Part shown: in pieces, positions 1 through 13,270 of the stretch
How the letters are laid out: each line of letters starts with the position of its first letter
Numbering within the stretch: the first letter of the stretch is position 1
Source: Squalus acanthias
Taxonomy: Eukaryota
Assembly (NCBI GenBank): GCA_030390025.1
Contig: CM059431.1
Location: 108,068,001-108,132,000, forward strand
Reading direction: 5' to 3'
DNA: 64,000 bases
Notes under the pieces: generated by a model
Database searches by the model: none
Seen by the model: the letters and a program-made list of their open reading frames with translations, nothing else
What the model was told of the DNA's origin: nothing
Position numbers and translations under genes: made by a program

Positions 1-1548
1 TCACTATTTCGGAGAAAAAATGGCCCGGAGTTTCCGCTCGATTGTGCTGGGGGGGGGGTTTCTGGCGCAATTCAGCTGAAGTCGGCATAGTCGGCACAAA
101 AGATCGCAGAATTTTATGTGTGAATTACGTCCAGCGCAAATTGAGTATCCGCGATCTTTGCCGCTAGTTTAAAAAACATCGCGCTGGAAGCAGGCCGCCC
201 TCCCCGAGGGTGAATTAATCACCATTGGGAGTTTCCGTTAATTGGGCTCGTTTGCGGCCCTTTGAGGAGGCTCCAAAATTTTGGATGCAAGGACACCAGT
301 AGGCACGTTTTAAAAGCTTTTGAATATATATATATTTTTTCATTTACAAAGAAACTGACTACTGTACACCAATCTAACTCTAAAAAAAAATTCAAAACTA
401 TTTTCAAGTAATTTTCAGTCATTTAAAATTAGGTTACTCACAGGTAGTGGATTGACACTGTGATTTAAAATGCTTATTTTCTGTGATAAACCCATTTTCA
501 GCTGTATTAATCAAACTGCACCGAATTACCACTCTTAATGTATCAAGGAATATATTTTAAAGCAACATTTTAAAATAAAAATACGTTTTAAAACGTTGCC
601 CGATTGCGCTGGTTCATGGCAGATTTTGCATTCGCCGATATGCAAATGAGTTTGAGCGGAAATTCCGGGAAAAAAACACTTTTTGAAACGGGCGCAGTTT
701 TGACCGCAATTTGCGCCCGAATCGCCAATTGCACCCTCTACCCCATTAACCCTTTTAAAACAAATGGGGGGGTCACACTTCTAACATGGCAGGGAAAGAG
801 ATTTCTAATGAATGTTTTTAAGTATATCCCAGGACATGGTTTTCGAGTCTTCCTGACCATTCACACAGAACAAGATAAAAAGACTGAAAGATTTGAAAGT
901 CATTTTTCAATTATTTAGAACTAAGTACGGAGAAACTTATTGCAGCTTAACATGATGTCGTTGCTCTTGATGCTGACATGTCAATCAGAAAACTCTGGGG
1001 TAAATGTTTCATGATTCTGCTCGGAGCAGGACTGCGCCCAATGGGAGCATGGATCACTTAATTTGATGGACTGACCTCTGTGACGAGTTTAGTAATTAGT
1101 GTTCCTCGCGAGTGAGAATCTGTGCCAGGAGCAGCGTCTTCAAAGTTTAATTCACAGAGAATAATTGAAGCCCTACTGGAAGATGATGGTAATTAATACT
1201 TCATTTGTACTGCAGATCTACTTCTGCTTGACTATCTGTGGCTCCCAGTGTCATGGAGCCGAACGAATTTACATTAAGGGCAGATTGCGCAGCACTGGCA
1301 GCAACGGAGAAACAGCAATACAAGATTGCACATAGAATCATACAGCACAGAAGGAGGCCCATTGTGTCTGTGCCGGGTCATTGAAAGAGCTATCCAATTA
1401 GTCCCACTCCCCTGCTCTTTTCCTCATAACCCTGCAAATTTTTCCTTGCACAGTTGTTTAGAAGTAGAGATCAAGGATTTCATTCTCTTGTCACTCAATG
1501 GATCTTCAAGGCTGGAGAAGCTCCATATAGGTCAACAATACAAATCTA

Positions 1549-3173
1549 GGCCAGGATTTTCCGGGGGGTCAGCGGGCGGGATTGGTGGCGGGTCGGGACC
1601 CCGCGCCTTTCCCAATGTCGGGTCTGTCAGCGCTGAGCAGACCCGACACGCAGCGGTGGGGGACCCAATTAAGCTGATTATTGCTTTGTTGACAGATCAT
1701 TAATAATACATTTAACCTTACCTTTTCTCTTTAACTGCTCGCCCACGGGGGCCACGCTGCTCGGGGGTCACGTCTGTTAAGCTGAGGCGGGAGTTGAATG
1801 GTCATTGAATGAGCTAATTACTTGACAGCTTGAAATGTGCTATAACAGCTCCCACCTCACAGCTGTTCACTTTCCAAGAACCTGTTGCTTACTCCATTTG
1901 GAACACAGATTGAGCTTTATGCTGGCTGCAAGTGTTTGGAGCAAACTCTCTATCCAGTGTCACCTCATTGGAACAACCTTTCTCACCATTGATGGATCAC
2001 TTCTGTCATCTCAACTTCAACTGCCATCTATTCCATCAACATGGGTACCGTTTATACTCTCTCACCTTGGTCCTCAGAATCCCACCACGATCAGCCCCAA
2101 CACCAGCAGCACCAACAACAACCTTCTCTGCAATCACTAGATGCTGCACAGGACACAGGGTATCAGCACCCGACCACATTGCTGCCTGGGAACCCAGGGA
2201 TGGCCTCACCATGGCCAGATTTACTTCACTTGATGCTGTACACCCTGGCTGCCACATGATGTACCAGTTGGCACCACCCCACACCAACACCATAAGGCAT
2301 CCCTACAATGTCTAAGCCATTCCTTTCAAACTCATTGCCATTGCGGGTGGTACCGTTACGTCTCACCATTCACTGCAACTCACTAAGCCACTTCCAAAGG
2401 TGGGAGTGTAAGCTTTGTTAGCTGTGGCTCAGTGGCAGCACTCATCTCACTAGCCACCCCTCACACTCACCCTTATCCTAGTCCAATCATACCAACTAAC
2501 AACACACAAGGGTAGGCACTTGGGTGTTTTATATGATGTTCATGTAAAGTTTCTGTTAATGTGATGTCAAACATTGAAACCTTTATTTTCAACACTGCGT
2601 TCTTGGACAGAGAGAGGTGAGAGGGTATAAAGGGCACCCATGCTGATGGAATAGATGGCCGGTGAAGTAGAGATGACAGAAGCAACCTGTCAATGGTGAG
2701 AGAGGTAATGAGGTCAGACTGGATGGACACTTGTGTAAAGACTTGCAGCATGGTGAATCTGTTATGGAACTGCTGTGAGGAAGAGCTTGAGGCTGAGGGA
2801 AGATATCTCTGTAAGGTGGGAGTTTTTACTGTACATTTGAAGCTGTCAACTCAACAGTTGATTCAATGGCCACTGAACTCCCGCCTCAGCTTGACAGACG
2901 TGGTCCATGACCAGTGTGGACCCTGTGGGCGAGCTGTGAAATTCAGAAGGTAAGCTGAAAATCATTCTTAAGTGGCTCTAAACAAGCCACTAATTACTTA
3001 AATTGGGTCCCCCGCTGCTGTGTGCCGGGTCTGCTCAGCGCTGACTGACCCGACATCGGAGAAAGGCGCGCGACGGTGGCTTCACAGTGGGGTCCGATCC
3101 AATGGGGAAAAAAACACTTTCCCACCTGACCCGCCACCGATCATGCCCACTGACCCCCCACATAATCCAGCCC
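1549..3173. mobile_element. Non-autonomous PIF/Harbinger-type DNA transposon with long imperfect TIRs
   Basis: ~1549-1680 is the imperfect reverse complement of ~2990-3173; 3-bp TSD CTA (1546-1548, 3174-3176); interior shares sequence with the 38646-40421 element. Confidence 0.75.
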
Positions 3174-3454
3174 CTATTTCTCACTTACTAAAGGAATGTC
3201 TTACCACAGCATGGCATATTCAAAGAATGATGATGCCACCCATTTTTATTGATAATTTCAATCTGAAAGTTGTGCATAGAAATATTCTAAATAATCCAAA
3301 ATAGTGCTAAAATTTGTAGATTGATATATTCAGTAATTTATGTATGAAATGAAGGAGAATAAGTAGCCAGCTAGCCTGCCTTAAGCTCTGGTAGTAGCTT
3401 TTTTGAAAGTGCTGGAGATGAAGAGAAATATCACGTCTGATCATTAATTTATTT

Positions 3455-3860
3455 TATTTTAAAATTCTCATCTCTGTTTTCAAATCCCTCCACGGCCTCG
3501 CCCCTCCCCTCTGTAGCCTCCTCCAGCCCTACGAGCCTTCGAGATCTCTGCGCTCTTCCAATGCTGGTCTCTTGTGCATCCCAGATTTTAATCGCACCAC
3601 CATTGGCGGCCCTGTCTTTAGCTGCCGAGGCCCTAAACTCTGGAATGTCCTTCTTAAACATCTCCACATCTCTACCAATCTCTCCAATTTTAAGACGCTC
3701 CTAAAACCTACCTCTTTGTCCAGGCTTTTGGTCATCTGTTCAGATGTATCCCCTTATGTGGCTCGGTGTCAAATTTTTGTCTGATAATCGCTCCTGTGAA
3801 GCACCTTGGGACGTTTTACTATGTTAAAGGTGCTATATAAATGCAAGTTGTTGTTGATGT
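3455..3860 (+). mobile_element. L2-type LINE 3' fragment
   Basis: TIGGPVFSCRGPKLWN-type ORF2 C-terminus and tail aaaggtgctatataaatgcaagttgttgttg; homologous to 17828-18215, 60185-60590, 61822-62178. Confidence 0.75.
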
Positions 3861-3934
3861 TGTGACAAAAAATGGTTGGTACCATGGCATAAGATTCCTC
3901 CCAATTAACATCTGCAGCAACATCCAGTAGGTTG

Positions 3935-4380
3935 TTAGAGTGTTTCAAAATTATGAAGGATTTTGATCGAGTAAATAAGGAGAAACCGTTTCCCTCTGGC
4001 CTGAGGGTCAGTAACCAGAGGGCACAGATTGAAGGTAATTGGCAAAAGAACCAAAGATGAGATGAGGAGACATTGGGGGAAAAATTGAGTCGCACCCCCT
4101 TTTGGGGCGCTAACTTCGCCGGGGTGCTGCCCGGAAAAATTAGCACCCCCGCGGCCGAATTTGAGTGGTAGCGCCCAAAGAGGGAAGCGGGGCGCTAATA
4201 TCGCGGCGCTACCACGGTAGAGCGCCATGCCACGGTACTGCAGGCCTTCCTCCCCTCCTTAAAGGGGAGGGGCCTTGCGCAGCGTGACCCCGGGGCCCAG
4301 CTGGAATGGGACTCATTGGATAGCTCTTTCAAAGCTGCAGCACAGGCACTATGGGCCAAATGGCCTCCTTCTGTGCCGCA
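3935..4380 (+). mobile_element. Old CR1 3' fragment interrupted by a GC-rich MITE-like insert (~4075-4295)
   Basis: CR1-like accagagggcacagattgaaggtaattgg before the insert and CR1 tail gggccaaatggcctccttctgtgc after it. Confidence 0.55.
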
Positions 4381-4974
4381 TGTTGCCGTGAGAAAGGGGG
4401 ACATCAAATCCTACTCATTCGCAGGCTGTGGATTGGAAAAAAGCTGCCACAAAGGTCCACAGGAGGTGAAGTTCACGAGAAAGACCAAACATCTGCCAGC
4501 AAGAACTAAACTGTGACTGTGAGCGGGATTTCAGAAATTGGAGCAGACCGGGACCAGAAGTGAACTGCAGCGGCAATGATCGGAAAGAGCAAAATTACAG
4601 CTGAAGCGAACATTTGACAGGTGGTTGGTTTTTGCAAGCTGTGGTGACAATCTGCTTCCCACAATTTGTTTACTTCAATTTTTTTGTTTAAAACATTCTA
4701 CTTACAATTAATTTATTCTGCATCAATAAGTAACACGAACTGTATGGGGAACGAGATCACGAGAAGTACTAAGGTGACAAGGTTTCACTTTAGCTCATGC
4801 ATCTCATTGCAGTCTGCTGGTTTCCAGGCTGAATTAGTCAAATGTGTACAAACACACCTAAAGGTGAAATAAATAAAATCTGTCACCCTGTAAGGATAAT
4901 AAGGTGACAACTGTTTCCTTTTTCCAGTTAGACTGCAATCTCTCATGTTTACTCGTTACCCTCACTGTTTAAAA

Positions 4975-5430
4975 AGAAAGACTTGCATTTATATAGCGCC
5001 TTTCACGACCACTGGACATCTCAAAGCGCTTTACAGCCAATTAAATACTTTTGAAGGGGAGTCACTGTTGTAATGTGGGAAATGCAGCAGCCAATTTGCG
5101 CACAGCAAGCTCCCACAAACAGCAATGTGATAATGACCAGGTAATCTGTTTTTGTTATGTTGGTTGAAGGATAAATATTGGCCCCAGGAATAACTCCCCT
5201 GCTCTTCTTCGAAATAGTGCCCGTGGGATCTTTTACATCCACCTGAGAGAGCAGGCGGGGCCTCGGTTTAACGTCTCATCCGAAAGACGGCACCTCCGAC
5301 AGTGCAGCGCTCCCTCAGTACCGCACTGGGAGTGTTAGCCTAGATTTATGTGCTTAAGTCCCTGGAGTGGGACTTGAACCCACAACCTTCTGACTCAGAG
5401 GCAAGTGTGCTACCCACTGAGCCACAGTGG
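4975..5430 (-). mobile_element. tRNA-headed DeuSINE (SacSINE1-like), near full length
   Basis: Reverse complement of the 34274-34735 copy; A and B boxes, central body and L2-like tail. Confidence 0.85.
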
Positions 5431-6177
5431 AAACAAATCTATTAACCTATTAAAAAATCAATGTACATTAAAAAAAAGTATGAGCAGTATTGTCACACAG
5501 ATTTAACATCTGGGGTAAATGCTGAGGCTCTCACCCAGAGGCACCACTCCCCTAATGAATGTTGAGTGCAGGGGGTGCAGGGATCAATCTCCATGGCTGA
5601 ATGGATAGGTCCGAGTTCCATGTGATATTGGGTCTCATTATCATCGAGCCGGCAAGTATGAGTGTATGGTCATACAGATCTAACTTCTAGTGTTAGATTT
5701 GGAGGCCCCCTCCCAGAGGAAATACTATGTTAGCATCCCTAAACTTGTAGGGAATGACTTACTGCCCCATTCCCACCGTTGCTATGGCAGTGATCATCCC
5801 CCGGGCCTACCTCTGGGTGGCCAGAGCACCTGCCTGAGTCAGGCGGTAGGCCCAATTAAAATGCAAGATCGGGTCCTCTGGCCTATGTAGGACCCCGCTT
5901 ACCATTTTAGGATGGTACTGGGTGGAGCGTGCACTGTGGTCCAGCTGAAGAGGAGCTGACAGGTACATTTGTGTAGATTTTTGGGAGTGCTCCACAAAAC
6001 CACGGTCGCTCCAGGTCCGCCCCCATCCTGAAATCAGACCCTTTCCCCATCGGTCTACCTTCTTCTGGCCCGGAGGATGGCTGGACTGCTTGATATTGTG
6101 TTGACCTGGAACCCGTGGGATGTCTTGTGGCTTCTAGTTCGCCGCCTGTCATCTGAATGCTAATGAGGCCCGGCCCC

Positions 6178-6612
6178 TTAGGAAAGATTGAACAGGCTGT
6201 GACACTTTTCTCTCGAAAGGAGAAGGTTGAGAGGTGACCTGATACAGGTCTTTAAAATAATGCAAGGGTTTGATAGGGTAGATGTAGAGAAGATGTTTCC
6301 ACTTGTGGGGGAGACCAGAACTAGGGACCATAAATATAAGATAGTCACTAATAAATCCAATAAGGAATTCAGGAAAACCTTCTTTACTCAGACTGGTTAG
6401 AATGTGGAACTTGCTACCCTATGGAGTGGTTGAGGCAAATAGCGTAGATGCATTTAAGGGGAAGCTAGTTAAGCACAGGAGGGAGAAAGAAATAGAAGGA
6501 TATGCTGTTGGGGGGTGAGATGAAGGAGGGTGGGAGGAGCCTCGTGTGGAGCATAAACGCCGGCACAGACCAGTTGGGCCGAATGGCCAGTTTCTGTGCT
6601 GTAAATTCTCTG
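6178..6612 (+). mobile_element. CR1 LINE 3' fragment
   Basis: RRLRGDLIQVFKIM...RMWNLLP-type ORF2 end plus CR1 3' UTR. Confidence 0.85.
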
Positions 6613-6927
6613 TAAAAATGGACGGGGCCTCCTGCCGGGACCATCGAGTGGCCAGCTGGTGTACTCCACCGACTGACTGCCTGAAGTCCACTCGGGGAGG
6701 GCTGCGGGAGAAATTTACCCCCTGGTTTCTCAAAGGAGTTCTGGTGGTATTAGCTATGATTCCATGAGAAATAGAAGCCTGGAATTCATTGTGAGCGATG
6801 CAATCATAAGAAAGCTGAACACATTTCCATCAAATACTCTCTCTGCTGTCTTTTTGGAATAAAAATGGGTTAATTCATCCATTAAATTAGCAGAGGGAGG
6901 ATTCTGATAAGAGCACCATTGTATAAT

Positions 6928-7340
6928 AACATAAGAACATAAGACGGAGGAGCAGGAGTAGGCCGTTTGGCCCCTCGAGCCTTCTTCGACATTCAATAAG
7001 ATCATGGCTGATCTGGTCTTGGCCTCAACTCCACTTTCCTGCCCGCTCCCCATAACCCTCAACTCCCTTATCGTTCAAAAATCTGTCTATCTCCACCTTA
7101 AATATATTCAATGACCCAACCTCTACAGCTCTCTGGGGAAGAGAATTCCAAAGATTCATGACCCTCTTAGAGAAGAAATTCCTCCTCATCTCCATTTTAA
7201 ATGACGACTCCTTATTCTGAAACTATGCCCCCGAGTTCTAGATACCCCCACGAGGGAAAACATCCTCTCTGCATCTACCCTGTCAATCCCCCTCAGAAAC
7301 ATTTCAATAAGATCACCTCTCATTCTTCTAAACTCCAATA
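6928..7340 (-). mobile_element. CR1 LINE 3' fragment
   Basis: aacataagaacataag tail and homology to other CR1 copies. Confidence 0.85.
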
Positions 7341-8039
7341 ACATTGATGGTAATTTCCAGGCTATATATACTTAATAACATTTCCCCCACCACCTTCATC
7401 CAAGTGTATAATCAGGTCCATTATCTACAGGAATTCTCTGGTTAACACACAAACACACACACACAGCATATCTAAAAGCTATTCACTATCTATGAAAAAA
7501 AGCACAGGTCACATTTTGGTTTTTAGATGTTTGGTTCGACAGGTTGCATTCTTTAAAATAATCTTAACAAGTTCAAAAACTTACCATTCAAGTACTCTAG
7601 AGGTTCATGAAGGTAAGCGGCAGGAGGCCTTGAAAATAAAATATTTTCCACGTTGCATCCACTGTCCAGACTAAATACTTCTAAGTCCAGCAAACCGAAG
7701 TTGGCCACCGAGCTGGCTTTCCTTGTTATCACGCTGACAATATGCCTCCAGGCCAACTTCCTTGCTACATCAAGATGACACTTCCTATCTCCACTTAGTC
7801 ACACCTTAGTGTTTTCTATGAATCGAAGTTAGCTCACTGCTGTGGACAAGATTAAATCCATGTGAACCTAACGTGACAGTGATTACCAAGGGCAGAATTT
7901 AATCTCTGCTCCAAGGCTGGTTTCAAAGTTGTCTTTTAAAAAAAAAAGGCGCAAAAATGCAATTAGTCCATCACCCTGCTGCCCAATCTAATCTCTTTCA
8001 CTGTGTGTGCTCATTCATATGTGCACCTCTATGTGTGTA

Positions 8040-8330
8040 TATAGAATTACATAGAATTTACAGCACAGAAACAGGTCATTCGGTCCAAGTGGTCTATTCT
8101 GGTGTTTATGCTCCGCACGAGCCTCCTCCCACCCCTCATCATCTCACCCTATCAGCATATCCTTCTATTCCTTTCTCCCTCATGTCCTTCCCCTTAAAGG
8201 TGTCGATGTTATTTGTCTCAACTACTCCTTGTGGTAGCGAGTTCCACATTCTCACCACTCTCTGGGTAAAGAAGTTCATCCCTAATTCCTTATTGGATTT
8301 ATTAGTGACTGTCTTATATTTATGACCCCT
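8040..8330 (-). mobile_element. CR1 LINE 3' fragment
   Basis: NFFTQRVVRMWNSLPQGVVE motif in ORF 8139..8354. Confidence 0.85.
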
Positions 8331-8377
8331 AATATACATTCCTGTGTATTCCATCTATCATACTTTCCAGTATATAT

Positions 8378-8750
8378 AGCCTCTACTCCCTGGAGTTTAG
8401 AAGAATGAGAGGTGATCTCATTGAAACATACAAGATTCTGAGGGGGATTGACAGGGTAGATGCTGAGAGGCTGTTTCCCCTGACTGGAGAGTCTAGAACT
8501 AAGGGGGCACAGTCTCAAGATAAGGGGTCGGTCATTTAGGACTGAGATGAGGCGAAATTTCTTCACTCAGAGGGTTGTGAATTTTTGGAATTCTCTACAC
8601 CAGAGGGTTGTGGATGCTGAGTCGATGAATATGTGCAAGATTGTTTCGATAGATTTTTAGATTCATGGGGAATCAAGGGATATGGGGATCGGGCGGGAAA
8701 GTGGAGTTGAGGTCGAAGATCAGCCATGATCTTATTGAGAGGCGGTGCAT
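8378..8750 (+). mobile_element. CR1 LINE 3' fragment
   Basis: ggagtttagaagaatgagaggtgatctcattgaaaca... as in other CR1 copies. Confidence 0.85.
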
Positions 8751-9046
8751 GTTCTTGTGAAAGAGGTACATATTCATGAGAAAGCCTGTCATGTGTCTTG
8801 GCTGATATTACCTTTAGTGTGTTAAAATAATTGGGGGTGAAATTTTACTTTGGCAGTACCACAAAACGGGTGATAACAATTCTGTTATACACTCCAGCGG
8901 GTTTTTGTTTTTCCACAATGGGGAAGAGAATCAGGTGGGGTGTGAACTGGCCTGGTTTTGCTATCGCCCATTTTGTGCTACTGCTCCTGAAATTTGGAAT
9001 ACTGTATATTGATAAATTTTGCCAATTTGATATATTTTGTATTCTG

Positions 9047-9603
9047 AACAAACGCATTCTGTTGAACTCTTCAGTTGAACAAAGAAGTCCAGCAATGAAT
9101 TTTAAAACACAGGAACTATTAAGCTGGCAATCAAGTTGCTGTGGCAAGGATCTGGGACAGGAAGAAAAATGTGACTTTTGTGCCGCACGTGTACATTAGC
9201 GTTAAATGGAGCATATGCTAAAAGGCTTTTCATTATTCTCAATGGAAATCCATTATTTTTAATTGCTCTTTGTAAAGTAATGGAGGCAAATGTACAGAAA
9301 AAAATTAAAAGACGCCATAATAAATTATATAATCTGGCTCAACAAATCCCCCCGAGTTTTTTGAAAGTTTAATATATTCACTAGAACGCTGAATTTGCAA
9401 GGCACAGTGAGTCATGAAAATCTCATGTCATTTACTCACCTGTCTGCTGGGCAGTGACTATCAAGTTGTGAGCATTTGGACTAAACCAAGAGCTAATTGA
9501 TCTGCAAACCACTCACTTCCTTGCAGTATTTAGTCCATTTCTTTCAGTGGCTCTTTTATTAACGTCAAAAAGAGCAGGACATTGCACCTTGGGAGCAATT
9601 ACA
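9047..9603. repeat. Local direct duplication, copy 1 (copy 2 at 12571-13131)
   Basis: Collinear, highly similar non-TE sequence with small indels. Confidence 0.9.
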
Positions 9604-10294
9604 CGGCAGTTGAATAATAAACAATAGTTCCAGGGGGAAAAAAAAGACAGGTTTGGTTTTATAGCTTGGGGCAAGATTAGGGCTCTGTTCAAATCCATCA
9701 GTGCATTTGTAATGCTCATTATTTATGTTGCACACAGTTATAGAAACATAAGCTTGCTAAGGGCCATATTTTCCTTTTTAATGGGAGAGCAGATGCGCAT
9801 GAACATTTAGCACTGTTGTGAGAAATGCTCCCATCTAAAAAAGATTCACAAAACTTCATGAAGCCTGTTTTAAAAGGCCCAATTTAACTTGTTAAGGACT
9901 TACTATAATCAGAAAAGTATAATCTAACTCCAAATCATATCTGGAGTTACTGATCTGAAGGAAGGTTAAGATTTCAAAATATTAGTGCAGTGGTGACAGA
10001 AGTGAACAGCACCAAGGAGTTTTTTGCCTGACTATGGATCTATAGTAGCTATAGTCAGGTATCTCAGTGCACCAGCTGGACGAGGAGTGGGTAGCGTGGG
10101 AGTGCAAATGCTTCAGTGGAATATGACTCACATCAGTCACGACCACAGCAATAGCTTCACTCAATTAGCCCAATGCTCTCCTGGCCGGCCTATCATTATA
10201 CACAAATTTCAGCTCATCCAAAACGCTGCTGCCCGTGTCTGATTGTACACCAAGTCCTGCTCGCCCATAACACACGTCCTCACAGGCCTACATT

Positions 10295-10990
10295 ACATAA
10301 GAACATAAGAATTAGGAGCAGGAGTAGGCCTTACGACCCCTCGAGCCTGCTCCACCATTCAATAAGATCAAGGCTGATCTTTGACCTCAACTCCACTTTC
10401 CCGCCCGATCTCCATATCCCTCGATTCCCCTAGAGTCCAAAAATCTATCAATCTCAGCCTTGAATATACTCAACGACTGAGCATCCACAGCCCTCTGGGG
10501 TAGAGAATTCCAAAGATTCACAACCCTCTGAGTGAAGAAATTCCTCTTGGTCTTAAATGGCCGACCACTTATCCTGAAACTATGCCCCCTAGTTCTAGAC
10601 TCTCCAGCCAGGGGAAACAACCTCTCAGCATCTACCCTGTCAATCCCCCTCAGAATCTTAGATGTTTCAATGAGATAATCTCTCATTCTTCTAAACTCCA
10701 GAGAGTATAGGCCCAATCTACTCAATCTCTCCTCATAGGACAACCCTCTCATCCCAGGAATCAATCTCGTGAACCTTTGTTGTACCACCTGTAAGGCAAG
10801 TATATCCTTCCTCTGATAAGGAGACCAAAACTGTGCACAGTACTCCAGGTGTGGTCTCCCAAAGCCCTGTATAATTGTAGTAAGGCTTCCTTACTCTTGT
10901 ACTCTAACCCCCTTGCAATAAAGGTCAACATGCCATTTGCCTTCCTAATTGCTTGCTGTACCTGGCATGCTAACTTTGTGTTTCCTGTAA
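10295..10990 (-). mobile_element. CR1 LINE 3' fragment next to an L2 remnant (~10175-10294)
   Basis: ORF 10387..10788 QRFTRLIPGMRGLSYEERLSRLGLYSLEFRR...; preceding QLIQNAAARV L2 motif. Confidence 0.85.
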
Positions 10991-11094
10991 AATGAAAAGT
11001 AGTTGGTGATTTAGTAACATCCCTGACATATTGTTATAATATTTACAGCTGTTATGAACTGAATAGAACATTTCTACCACTCATATATCGGCCT

Positions 11095-11470
11095 TCAGCT
11101 TGTGGCAAGGTGGCTTTGTATAATGACCTTTCACATCAGGAACCTGGTCTTGAATCCACGGGATGAAAATCTCCTCTCACTGTCAGCTGTAAGAGTTCTC
11201 AGTGAAATCAGATTGGACGAGAAGTTCCTTCTGGCTGCGAGTCCACAGAAAAAAAAAACCTTTAAATTACCATAAATGTGGCCCTGAACTCAGAGGGGCT
11301 GTAAGAATGATTGATATGGAAAATGGAAAGATTCAAAAATGGTGCAGTAAAAAGAGCTCTTCTCAGACTGAGACCAAGGCAAATTGTCTGGCCAGTTTAG
11401 AGGGGGCTTTACTATACACCTAGTCCATACTATAATTGAGCTGGAAGTGCCTCATGCTGACCTTGGGGGC
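11095..11470 (+). mobile_element. Degenerate ancient SINE, LF-SINE-like
   Basis: Ordered blocks resemble my recollection of LF-SINE (cctttcac..tggt.ttgaatcca; gtgaaat.ag.ttgg; gtccaca..aaaacc); no alignment run. Confidence 0.35.
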
Positions 11471-12094
11471 TCGTGATCAGTACTGGTCCCGTGATGGGCA
11501 CAAGATTTTTTAAATTAAAACTCTAATGGCACTGCGATTCACCATAGGTGTAATTTGAAAAAAAAGCTTATAATTTTATGCCAATTATAAATTAGTACGT
11601 TAATAATACTCGAAGCAAGTCTTCATTTTGATTTGTCATTAATTATTGGATCGTTTCCCGTGCATTACTGAAGATTGAGAAAAATGCAACTGTAGCAAGC
11701 ATGAAACAGGGATGGCTCTTGGTAACAATAGATCGTGGGGATATTGGGATTGGGCTTCAGTGAATGCGCTAAACGGGCGACGGTGAATCAGCAGCCTGTT
11801 TTACACTACCCGCAATTTTCACTTCTGTTGCCCCTTTTGCATTTTTGCTGAAGTCCAATCTCACCCCCGTGAAGATTCATCTTGTCTCTGTAAGCAATCT
11901 CCTTCAGTGGTTACAGTCGATGTGTGGGAAGCACCTGGTGCATGTTATTCTTCACCTATCCCAAAGTAAGGCACAGAGAATGTGCACTGATTCCAAAAAA
12001 AGTTTTCTTTCATGAGTACAAACGAATGAGAGATTGACCAAAGGTATTTAGCACGTGGCATATGAAGCCACCAAAATACTGCACACATCAAAAA

Positions 12095-12563
12095 GAAACA
12101 GAAAGACTTGCACTTAGAGCGCCTTTCATGACCTCAGGATGTCCCAAAGCACTTTACAGCCAATGAAATACTTTTGAAGTGTAGTCACTGTTGTAATGTA
12201 GGAAACACGGCAGCCAATTTTGAGAACAGCAAGCTCCCAGAAACAGCAATGTGGTAATGACCAGATAATCTGTTTTAGTGATGTTGATTGAGGGATAAAT
12301 ATTGGCCAGGATACCGGGGAGAAGCCCCCTGCTCTTCTTCAAAATAGTGCCACGGGATCTTTTACGTTCACCTGAGAGGGCAGATGAAGCCTTGGTTTAA
12401 CGTCTCATCCGAAAGACGGCACCCCCAACAGTGCAGCGCTCCCTCAGTACTGCACTGGAGCAATCAGCTTAGATTAGTGTGCTCAAGTCTTTGGAGTGGG
12501 ACTTGAACCCCCAACCTTCTGACTCAGAGGCGAGAGTGCTATCAACTGAGCCATGGCTGACAC
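12095..12563 (-). mobile_element. DeuSINE (SacSINE1-like), full length
   Basis: Reverse complement of the 34274-34735 copy. Confidence 0.85.
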
Positions 12564-12570
12564 CATTCAT

Positions 12571-13131
12571 AACAAATGCATTCTGTTGAACTCTTCAGAT
12601 GAAAGAAAAAGTCCATGGGTTTTAACAATGAATTTTAAAATACAGGAACTATTAAGCTGGAAATCAAGGATCTGGGACAAACACGCAAGAAGATAGATGT
12701 GATTTCTGTGCAGCACGTGTACATTAGCTGTAAATGGAGCATATGCTAAAAGGCTTTTTCATTATTCTCAATGGAAATCCATTATTTTTAATTGCTTTTT
12801 GCAAAGTAATGGAGGTAAATGTACAGGAAAAAATTAAAAGACGCCATAAAAATTATATAATCTGGCTCAACAAATCCCCCTGAGATTTTTAAAAGTTTAA
12901 TATATTCACTAGGACGCTGAATTTGCAAGGCACAGTGAACCATGAAAATCGCATGTTATTTACTCACCTATCTGCTGGGCAGTGACTATCAAGTTGTGAG
13001 AATTTGGACTATACCAGGAGCTAAGTGAACTGCAAAACCACTCACTTGCTCGCAGTAGTTAGCCCATTTCTTTCAGTGGCTGTTTTGTTCATGTCCAAAG
13101 AGCAGGACGTTGTACCTTGGGAGCAATCACA
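12571..13131. repeat. Local direct duplication, copy 2 (copy 1 at 9047-9603)
   Basis: Collinear with 9047-9603; flanked on both sides by DeuSINE sequence. Confidence 0.9.
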
Positions 13132-13270
13132 ACAGTGCTGCACTCCCTCAGCACTGCACTGGAGTGTCAGCTTGGATTTTTTTTGTGCTGGTGTCTCTGG
13201 AGTGGGACTATGAACCTACAACCTTCTGACTCAGAGGTCGAGGGTGCGCCCCACTGAGCCACGGCTGACA
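13132..13270 (-). mobile_element. DeuSINE 5' head fragment
   Basis: Matches the first ~140 nt of full copies (gtcagccgtggctcagtggg...). Confidence 0.8.

Noticed and set aside
8040..8750. Twin-priming inversion of one CR1
   Set aside because: The two opposite-strand pieces cover overlapping parts of CR1, have different 3' UTRs and are separated by a spacer, so they are independent insertions
12154..12342. Recurrent small ORF family (MKKSRG...ANIYPSINITKTDYLVII...) at 5021, 12154, 24066, 46457, 60978
   Set aside because: Translation of the DeuSINE body; starts and frames vary among copies
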